Shown: positions 57,735-64,000 of the stretch, piece by piece
Layout: each line of letters begins with the position of its first letter
How positions within the stretch are numbered: position 1 is the first letter of the stretch
IMG/VR virus record: IMGVR_UViG_3300013093_000022
Location: 32,001 to 96,000 of that record
DNA from: a virus
DNA: 64,000 nucleotides
Reading direction: 5' to 3' (one strand)
Made by a program: the position numbers and the translations under genes
Notes under the pieces: generated by a model
Seen by the model: only the letters and a program-made list of their open reading frames with translations
Told to the model about the DNA's origin: nothing
Databases searched by the model: none

Positions 57735-58082
57735 TTAGGTCTGGGTGAAGGTCGGGGTGACGACGATCTGGCCCTGTGCGCCCATGACGACCGAGGTGAT
57801 GCTCGCATTGTCGGTCATGTTATTACCCGACGACGACGACGCGATCAGCATGTAGGTGTAGGTGGCTGCCGGAACGTTGATCGTGACTGCGGTACCCGAC
57901 TGGACACCGGCGCTACCGGCCGACCAAGTGGTCTGGACCCGGGCGTAGGCCGGGGAACCGCCCGAGGCCTCACCGGTCGGAGTCGACGAGGTGCCGGGGC
58001 TCGCGGTCGCCAAACCGATCCAGTTGCCGTAACCGGCGTACGCGGCTGCCAGCGAGGTCAACGTCGCGGTGCAGGTAACCAT
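57735..58082 (-). CDS. small virion/fibre protein
   Basis: IGLATASPG..EASGG..YAR..W..VPAATY. Confidence 0.7.
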   Translation of the reverse strand: MVTCTATLTSLAAAYAGYGNWIGLATASPGTSSTPTGEASGGSPAYARVQTTWSAGSAGVQSGTAVTINVPAATYTYMLIASSSSGNNMTDNASITSVVMGAQGQIVVTPTFTQT

Positions 58083-58153
58083 TGATGCTCCTAAAAGGGT
58101 GAGATTGAGGTTCCTCACCCTTTACTGCCGGGGTCGGGAGAGGCTTTACAGGA

Positions 58154-58492
58154 TTATGACTGGATGGCCGCCGACAGGGCAAACCAGGCCTGTGCCGACG
58201 ACGAGTAGCGGAAACCGAAGAAGCCGGTCTTGCCGGGGCCGACCGTGTAGAAGCTCACCATCCCGGCGGTCAACAGCACCCCCGCCGGGAAGGTCACCGA
58301 GACGGCGACGGTCGGGGCCACCACCTCGACCAGGAACATGGCCTGGTCGGCCGGGCCCGACGGCAGTGCGACCGTGTACGGACCGTAGGTGGTGACCCGG
58401 GCGCTGGTCGACGGGTAGTTTGTCTGCAGGTACTGCAGGTCGACGTAGTCGTTCGGCCTCGACGGCGGCTCGCCGAAGTTCTGTAGCGACAT
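58154..58492 (-). CDS. small virion protein
   Basis: 112 aa at head of structural block. Confidence 0.6.
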   Translation of the reverse strand: MSLQNFGEPPSRPNDYVDLQYLQTNYPSTSARVTTYGPYTVALPSGPADQAMFLVEVVAPTVAVSVTFPAGVLLTAGMVSFYTVGPGKTGFFGFRYSSSAQAWFALSAAIQS

Positions 58493-58493
58493 G

Positions 58494-58534
58494 AAGAAAC
58501 CCCCTCCTACCCTTGGTGTGGGGCGGGAGGGGGC
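58494..58534 (-). terminator. terminator separating early genes from structural block
   Basis: CCCCTCCC...GGAGGGGG followed by TTTCTT. Confidence 0.6.
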
Positions 58535-58550
58535 TCCTACAGGTGGGAAC

Positions 58551-59114
58551 TCAGTAGCCGATCTTGGCCAGGCAGACCGGGCCGATGCCCCGCTCCTTGG
58601 ACGCCAGGACGTCCAATTTGCGGCCGCAGATGAAGCACTGGTCGAACTGGATCGACAGGGCCTCGATCTCGGCGACCGACAGCTTGGTGCCGTTGGTGGC
58701 CAGCCTGTACTGCATGCCCGGGGCCTTGACCCAGTCGACCCGGTGGGCGTCGGCGTGGTTGGCCGGGACGACCCTGTGGCCGGCCGTGGTGAACTGACCG
58801 CGCTTGGCGTAGCGGATCACCTTGCCCTCGGCCTTGAACTGGCGGACGGCGAAGATGTCGCCGCCCATCGAGTAGACGCCCAGCTCGGCCGGGACGTCGG
58901 AGCGGGGGGCGGCCGACTGGACGACCTTCTTGGGGGCCGCCTTGAGGGTGACGATCCACTCGATGCCGCCGCTGTTCGTCATGCCCTTCTTGGCCTCGGC
59001 GAACAGCTCGTCGCGCTGCTCGGCGGTGACCTCGCGCTCGGTGAGGAGGGCGCGGATGAGGTTCTTGCGGCCCTCGGAGATGGGCTCTCGGGCCCAGACT
59101 GCGTTGTTGGTCAT
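58551..59114 (-). CDS. DUF6011-like protein
   Basis: CFICGRKL...S..RGIGPVC; ATG 8 nt after promoter -10 (leaderless). Confidence 0.75.
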   Translation of the reverse strand: MTNNAVWAREPISEGRKNLIRALLTEREVTAEQRDELFAEAKKGMTNSGGIEWIVTLKAAPKKVVQSAAPRSDVPAELGVYSMGGDIFAVRQFKAEGKVIRYAKRGQFTTAGHRVVPANHADAHRVDWVKAPGMQYRLATNGTKLSVAEIEALSIQFDQCFICGRKLDVLASKERGIGPVCLAKIGY

Positions 59115-59122
59115 AACCGTTC

Positions 59123-59150
59123 CAACATAGGGGCCGGCGGCTTTATTCCC
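59123..59150 (-). promoter_or_regulatory. ECF-type promoter copy 4
   Basis: GGGAAT-AAAGCCGCCGGCCCCTAT(18)-GTTG. Confidence 0.72.
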
Positions 59151-59167
59151 GATCCGGCAGAGACTTT

Positions 59168-59365
59168 CTACCAGACCGGAGAGTCGACCGGCTCGTTCTC
59201 GACCGCGATCAGCATCGGCAGGAAGGGCAGGTCCGGCAGGGCCAGGATCCAGTCCTCGAGGCCGCAGTCGCACCCGACCCGGACGCGGATCTGGTGGACC
59301 CGGGGGTGGGGCAGCGAGTCGTCCATCAGGGTCGCCAAGATCATTCGTTCAGGTTTGCTGCACAT
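59168..59365 (-). CDS. hypothetical protein
   Basis: RBS GAGGAG. Confidence 0.55.
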   Translation of the reverse strand: MCSKPERMILATLMDDSLPHPRVHQIRVRVGCDCGLEDWILALPDLPFLPMLIAVENEPVDSPVW

Positions 59366-59458
59366 GTGACGGCTCCTCTTCTCAGACGGGTCACAGATCC
59401 TATTCCACTCTGAACTGATTCACTTGCTACTGATTGTACGGCGAAACGGGCGACCTTT

Positions 59459-59680
59459 TCAGGGTGCCACCTCCTGCAGGTGCCTCTTCATCTCATCGGG
59501 GTGGGACCGGAAGCCGGTCCAGTCGATGCTCCTGAGCGGCTCGAGGTCGAGGGAGAACACGGTCGCGAAGATCCTCATCCCGGGCAGGACGACGAACGAG
59601 TAGTGGCGGACCCCGTCGCTGGCCCAGTAGACCCACGCCCCCCGCGACTGGCGGTGGGTGAAGTGGAGGGCCCCGCCCAT
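59459..59680 (-). CDS. hypothetical protein
   Basis: coupled ORF. Confidence 0.5.
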   Translation of the reverse strand: MGGALHFTHRQSRGAWVYWASDGVRHYSFVVLPGMRIFATVFSLDLEPLRSIDWTGFRSHPDEMKRHLQEVAP

Positions 59681-59997
59681 CACCACCCCCGGAGCCAACT
59701 CTCGGCCTCGCCGGGGTTCCGGCGGGCCGCCGTGACCGCCTTGCGGGCGGCCGCTGCCATCTCCCGGGCCGCCTTACCCGCACCGGTGCGTCCGTCCATG
59801 ACCTCGCGGCCGAAGATCTGCCAGCCGTCGATGGTCGTCGGGACCGGCCTGACCTTGCCGCCCCACCGGGCTGCGTCGACGACCGAGTCGATCAGCAGGG
59901 CGAACACGGCCCGGGGCTCGGTGTCGCACGCCCCGAACTCGGCGTGACGCTCCTGGACCTCTTGGAAGGCCTTGGCGGTTTCCTTGAATGTGGTCAT
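59680..59997 (-). CDS. hypothetical protein
   Basis: MTTFKETAKAF.., RBS GAGGAGG. Confidence 0.6.
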   Translation of the reverse strand: MTTFKETAKAFQEVQERHAEFGACDTEPRAVFALLIDSVVDAARWGGKVRPVPTTIDGWQIFGREVMDGRTGAGKAAREMAAAARKAVTAARRNPGEAESWLRGW

Positions 59998-60335
59998 GCT
60001 TCCTCCTCGTGTTGTGTGGACAGGACGGTCTCGGTCTGGCGCTCCAGGTGGTCGCGGATCGCCCGCAGCATCACCTTGTAGGCGTCGTGGCGGTCGAAGC
60101 CCCAGCCGGTGAGGCCCAGCGGGGTGTAGGTGCAGCCCGGGCCGTCCACGCCGTCGACGAAGGCGTAGTCGCCGTCCCCGATCCAGGGCATCTTGACCTC
60201 TGTCGGGAAGGGTCGGCGGGCCAGGGTCGACCCGGCGTGCTTGGCGTGGACCTCCCGCGCCTTGCCCTCGACGACGGTCTGGACCGAAGCGCCGTTCGGG
60301 AGCCGGACGATGTAGAGGGTGTCGGGAGTGGTCAC
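59994..60335 (-). CDS. hypothetical protein
   Basis: coupled ORF, RBS AAGGAGG. Confidence 0.6.
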   Translation of the reverse strand: MTTPDTLYIVRLPNGASVQTVVEGKAREVHAKHAGSTLARRPFPTEVKMPWIGDGDYAFVDGVDGPGCTYTPLGLTGWGFDRHDAYKVMLRAIRDHLERQTETVLSTQHEEEA

Positions 60336-60502
60336 GACTGCGCCTCCTTCTGGTGTAGTGCCAGCCGATCCTCGGCGTGCTCGCGGGTCTTGCCTTGGGA
60401 GACGTAGCCACAGCTACAGTGAGCCCGGTAGGGGGTCGGGTTGCGGTGGTTGCGGCCAGACTCAATGATCTTGCGAGTTTTTTCGTGGGTGTGGTTGATC
60501 AT
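60332..60502 (-). CDS. small CxCG..H protein
   Basis: YRAHCSCGYVS..H; ATG 8 nt after promoter -10. Confidence 0.55.
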   Translation of the reverse strand: MINHTHEKTRKIIESGRNHRNPTPYRAHCSCGYVSQGKTREHAEDRLALHQKEAQS

Positions 60503-60510
60503 GCTCATTT

Positions 60511-60539
60511 CAACCGCAGTTGATCCCTGTTTATTCCCC
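60511..60539 (-). promoter_or_regulatory. ECF-type promoter copy 5
   Basis: GGGAAT-AAACAGGGATCAACTGCG(18)-GTTG. Confidence 0.72.
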
Positions 60540-60760
60540 GATTGGGGAGAATTATTTGCGCCCCTTGCCGAAGCGGTCGAGGCAACGCTCGGCAAGATGC
60601 AACAGCGAGACGGCACTGAAGGCGGCGGCCACCGCACCCACCGCCGAACCGGCGACGACCATGAGGGTCATCTCCTGTCCAGGGCGGCGAAGGCGAGCGA
60701 CACCACCGAGAACACGGCGATGAACGAGAACAGGACCAGGTCGGTCATGGTGGAATCCTC

Positions 60761-61114
60761 TCAGACGGCGATCTTGGTGGCGATCATCTGGTCGCCGCAC
60801 CCGGGGCACGGCTCGCCGTAGGTGTAGCTGGTGTCGAGGTCCTTGACCGACGCCCCGACCTCGGACAGGTCGTTGGGACCGGCGTCGTCCTTCCACTGGG
60901 GGTTGTAGAAGCAGCCGTGCTCCCAGACCGCCTTGATGTGCTTGCAGGTCCGGTCGGCGGGCTCGCCCTTGAAGTAGGCGTAGGCCGGGCAGTCGCAGTG
61001 GGCGAAGCCGGTCCCGGCCAGGGAGACCGTGTACACGCTGCCACCCGACCCCTGGACCGAGAAGGTGGAGTAGTACTGGGGGCAGAACCCCACGGTGACG
61101 ATGTCGGCGCTCAT
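60761..61114 (-). CDS. SWIM zinc-finger protein
   Basis: V.GS.G..Y.V..CDCPAY...CKHI. Confidence 0.75.
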   Translation of the reverse strand: MSADIVTVGFCPQYYSTFSVQGSGGSVYTVSLAGTGFAHCDCPAYAYFKGEPADRTCKHIKAVWEHGCFYNPQWKDDAGPNDLSEVGASVKDLDTSYTYGEPCPGCGDQMIATKIAV

Positions 61115-61338
61115 GCTCGCTTTCCTCTCAGGTAGTCGGCGACGAACCGTTCGGCGGACTGCTTGGCCGACTCCTTGGAGGCGAAGCCCTCGCCGTGGCC
61201 GACCACGTGGGCGTCGTGGACCGACCAGCGCCACGACACGAGATCGTAGACGGCGGCCGTGACCCGGCCGATCTTGAGCTGCTCGTCCTCGTCTCCCTCC
61301 GAGTACGGCTCCCACTCGCCGGTCAGTGTCAGATCCAT
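61111..61338 (-). CDS. hypothetical protein
   Basis: WRWSVH..F.SKESAKQSAE; resembles cargo part of 39.2-40.8 kb proteins. Confidence 0.6.
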   Translation of the reverse strand: MDLTLTGEWEPYSEGDEDEQLKIGRVTAAVYDLVSWRWSVHDAHVVGHGEGFASKESAKQSAERFVADYLRGKRA

Positions 61339-61496
61339 CGCCGTCCCTCCCTGGTGGGCAGGTCCCGCTTGACGATGTGGGCGCTCTTGTCGCCCCGCCG
61401 GTAGCGGCGCTCGTAGCGCAGGTTCAGGGCCGGTGTGGGCGTGGGGAACGTGGCCAGCAGGACGCCGGCCCCGCTGTACACCTCGTAGGCGGTCAT
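61329..61496 (-). CDS. hypothetical protein
   Basis: MTAYEVYSGAG.., coupled. Confidence 0.5.
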   Translation of the reverse strand: MTAYEVYSGAGVLLATFPTPTPALNLRYERRYRRGDKSAHIVKRDLPTREGRRWI

Positions 61497-61616
61497 TTGG
61501 CGGTCCTGAGAGCGACGTGGCCGCACGAAAGGGTCATGCGGAGCCGGTCCATGCCGCCGAAGGCGTACGGCTCGGTGACGCGGGCCTGACGGCCGCACTG
61601 TGGGCATGTGGTCATG
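61493..61616 (-). CDS. small Cys/His protein
   Basis: MTTCPQC...LSCGH; RBS AGGAGAGG; coordinates approximate. Confidence 0.5.
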
Positions 61617-61634
61617 CTTCCCTCTCCTGTTGAT

Positions 61635-61986
61635 CCTATCGTCGTGTGTGGTGCCCGAAAACTTAAGGGAGCACCCAGCCAGCCTTCCGGTTCCCCTACC
61701 CTCCCCGGATTGTGGCCACGCCCCGGCTGCTCTTGAGTACTACGTCCAACTGTTCTCCTGCTTCACTCGCGGCGGATTTCGCCCTCCGTGCCGCCTTTCG
61801 GCGACTCCCCCACCTAAGGGGCTCGTCCTTCGTTCAGGGATCGCTCTTCAGGGGCTGCACCACTTAAGGTGTCTGTCCTGAGCCGCTTGCGGCAAAGAGT
61901 CGTGGTCGTTAGCCGTCAGGGACGCTTCTGGGGTACTTGCACGGTACCTCGCAGGTCTGGATGCTCTCTTCAGTTGTCGGTCTTAC
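61635..61986 (-). ncRNA. candidate long structured leader / non-coding RNA
   Basis: starts at predicted TSS of promoter copy 6; no minus-strand ORF in track; many hairpins. Confidence 0.55.
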
Positions 61987-61994
61987 ACACGGTC

Positions 61995-62023
61995 CAACAG
62001 AACGGGGCCCGGGTTTATTCCCC
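61995..62023 (-). promoter_or_regulatory. ECF-type promoter copy 6
   Basis: GGGAAT-AAACCCGGGCCCCGTTCT(18)-GTTG. Confidence 0.72.
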
Positions 62024-62047
62024 GGGCCCCGAACTTTCTTCCCGCCG

Positions 62048-62818
62048 CTAGTCGAACCGTTCCTGAGCGTCCTTCTGGGTGGGCTTCGGCAGGCTCGCCA
62101 GGTTGATGAAGTCGCCGCTCAGGTCCTTGCAGGCGTGGACCGGCTCACCGGCCAGCCAACGGTTGTACGTCCTGATCCAGACCGCGTACTCGTTCATCAG
62201 CGCCGTGTAGCTGCCCGTCCCCCCGATCTTCAGTGGGCGGACGTTGATCAGGCGGCGGCGCATCGCGCCGAAGGTGGCCCGCTCGGTCTCGTCGCCGCAC
62301 ACCCCGGTGGCGACCCCGGTCGCGAACTCCATGTGCTTCACCGGGTCGGCACCGGCCCGGTCGAGGTGGATGTGGAGCGCCGCCAGCGCCGAGGCGGTGA
62401 TCGACTTGTTCCTGCCCGAGGCCGTCTTGGTGTACGGCGACTCGTCCGACAGCGCTATCGCCCACTGGACGATCGGACGCCACTCGTCGTTGAAGACCTG
62501 GACGTAGTCGGCCACCAGGCCCTTGTCCTGGGTGGCGACCATGCCCATCTCCTCGACGATGAACAGCCGGGCGACGGCGGCGAGCCGCCCGACCAGGGAC
62601 ATCCTCGCGCCCCGGGTCTGGAGGACGTTGCCGATCGTGCGGGGCTTGTTCATGTCGATCACGTCCCCGGCGGAGGGCTCAACGCCCTCGACGATCATCA
62701 TCGGGACGTCCTGGGACTTGTCGTTGATGTTGACGCCCATCCCCGTGTGGGGAATTGCAGCCGTGCGCCACGGTGACAGCAGTTCCACCTGCTCCCTCGC
62801 CGTCCAGATGCGCCTCAC
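62048..62818 (-). CDS. protein with RIWTAREQ..PWRTA leader fused to ParB-associated-like C-terminal region
   Basis: GTG 62818 coupled to upstream stop; V.GV.P...D.ID..K.RT.GNVL. Confidence 0.6.
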   Translation of the reverse strand: MRRIWTAREQVELLSPWRTAAIPHTGMGVNINDKSQDVPMMIVEGVEPSAGDVIDMNKPRTIGNVLQTRGARMSLVGRLAAVARLFIVEEMGMVATQDKGLVADYVQVFNDEWRPIVQWAIALSDESPYTKTASGRNKSITASALAALHIHLDRAGADPVKHMEFATGVATGVCGDETERATFGAMRRRLINVRPLKIGGTGSYTALMNEYAVWIRTYNRWLAGEPVHACKDLSGDFINLASLPKPTQKDAQERFD

Positions 62819-63021
62819 ACCAATTCTGGTCGCACACCGGGAACTTTCCACCCCGCGTACGTGCCCCTCGTTGACACGTAGCAGCCACCCACGACGGTCT
62901 TGCGGGGGATGTCTTTCGGGTGGCACGCCGAGTACGGTACACGGCGGTGGTGGGCCGAGGCGGGGGCGTTCGCCAGGCACACGGCGACGGCGATCAGCCT
63001 CATGAAGCGACGCCGGTTCAC
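62815..63021 (-). CDS. small secreted protein (RRxF, Tat-like signal)
   Basis: MNRRRFMRLIAVAVCLANAPASA. Confidence 0.5.
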   Translation of the reverse strand: MNRRRFMRLIAVAVCLANAPASAHHRRVPYSACHPKDIPRKTVVGGCYVSTRGTYAGWKVPGVRPELV

Positions 63022-63051
63022 ACTAATTACACGTGCGATATTGGCCAGTAT

Positions 63052-63960
63052 TTAGGCTCGGAGAACGGCGAGAAACTGATTCTTGTTGAAGATGCGCTCC
63101 AACTCCCCCAGTCGCTGCCGATCAACCACCACCAGTGGCTCTGAGAGGTCCCAGGAGTCCCGAATCCGAGGTTGGGGACTGTTGGGGTGGTCCCAACCCT
63201 TAGTCTCGATGGCGAGCCCTTCAACTAAAAAGTCGGGACGATACTCGTGGCCGTCAAGAATAAACGGACGGTCGTCGGGCCACGGTGCCCAAGAAATATT
63301 TAAGCGAGTCAGGCAAGCGATGAATCGAATCTCGTAACCACTGTTGAGATTTACTTCACCGTGACGGTAGTGCTGTGCCCGTTTTCGGCTGTGCTGCAAG
63401 TTGGAGCATTTTAACGAACAGAACATCATCTGCCCCGGCCACGTTCCAGGGCGGGAAAATTCTTCTTTGCACTGCTGACAGACGGCAGTCTTTCTGGGGA
63501 TGGGTTTGCGGCCTGGGCGAGATGTTCGATGTTCGCTGCAGTAAATCCGGTTGTATGACCCCGTGGAGACGCCACACACCTTGCACTCTGGGTAGTGAAT
63601 GCCACTTGACCGAGCAATTGCGGCGCACTTCACCGAACAGGTGTTGCGGTCCTGACGGGCGTAGTGGGTGAATTCGTTACCGCATACGGTACACGTACTG
63701 GCGGCCCTAGCTTCCTGTGCCGCCATTTTTCCTCGGCATTTTACGGAACAGGTGTTGTAGGGCTTGCTCCTGCGGTATTTGAACTCTTCGCCGCACCCTG
63801 GGCAGACCTTGACTATCCAAGTTTCCTGAGCCTCATAAGTGGCTTTCATGTTGCGGGTGCGGAGTTCCTTCCCACACGCGGTTGAGCACGTCCGTTTTGT
63901 TCGATATCTGGGCTGCTCGAACTCGTCGCCGCAGATCTCACAATTACTTTTGTCAGACAA
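63052..63960 (-). CDS. multi-zinc-finger PD-(D/E)XK endonuclease (homing-endonuclease-like)
   Basis: five CxxC..CSxxC/H units then S.YE..F, YRPDF..IETKG; lower GC; TTG start after GGAGG. Confidence 0.8.
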   Translation of the reverse strand: MSDKSNCEICGDEFEQPRYRTKRTCSTACGKELRTRNMKATYEAQETWIVKVCPGCGEEFKYRRSKPYNTCSVKCRGKMAAQEARAASTCTVCGNEFTHYARQDRNTCSVKCAAIARSSGIHYPECKVCGVSTGSYNRIYCSEHRTSRPGRKPIPRKTAVCQQCKEEFSRPGTWPGQMMFCSLKCSNLQHSRKRAQHYRHGEVNLNSGYEIRFIACLTRLNISWAPWPDDRPFILDGHEYRPDFLVEGLAIETKGWDHPNSPQPRIRDSWDLSEPLVVVDRQRLGELERIFNKNQFLAVLRA

Positions 63961-64000
63961 AGCAAAACCCCTCCATTTCGGTTGGTTACCCAACCTTACA

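Noticed and set aside
61760-61860. Hammerhead ribozyme (CUGAAGA ... GAAA on minus strand)
   Set aside because: Stem II needs a bulge next to GAAA, no U-H cleavage site follows stem III, and no stem I partner was found

Overview
A 64-kb, high-GC segment of a large contractile-tailed (myovirus-type) actinobacteriophage, probably infecting a mycolic-acid-containing host (it encodes Lsr2, NrdH, Rpf and a LysB-like domain). Nearly all genes are on the minus strand. Layout: 1-10.2 kb is a complete replication/recombination module (RecA, DnaE, SSB, primase, DnaB, DnaC-like loader). 10.3-17 kb holds accessory genes (Lsr2, AT-rich putative origin, stand-alone secreted Rpf, NrdH, DUF932, HicA-like toxin). 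17-58.5 kb is the virion module (baseplate, hub/lysin, tape measure, frameshifting chaperones, tube, sheath, head-tail joining, decoration and fibre genes, a glycosyltransferase). 58.5-64 kb holds small early-type genes, a ~350-nt structured non-coding leader and a zinc-finger PD-(D/E)XK endonuclease. Highlights read from the sequence: (i) six copies of an ECF-sigma (SigH/SigE-type) promoter GGAAT-N18-GTT, one driving a long structured RNA; (ii) a family of small proteins sharing an N-terminal leader that may be a capsid-targeting signal; (iii) a low-GC five-gene cassette of fibre modules with conserved N- and C-terminal linker peptides; (iv) a LysB/cutinase-like esterase fused to a 1964-aa baseplate protein; (v) a free-standing resuscitation-promoting factor. 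All functional calls come from motif recognition by eye, not from database searches.
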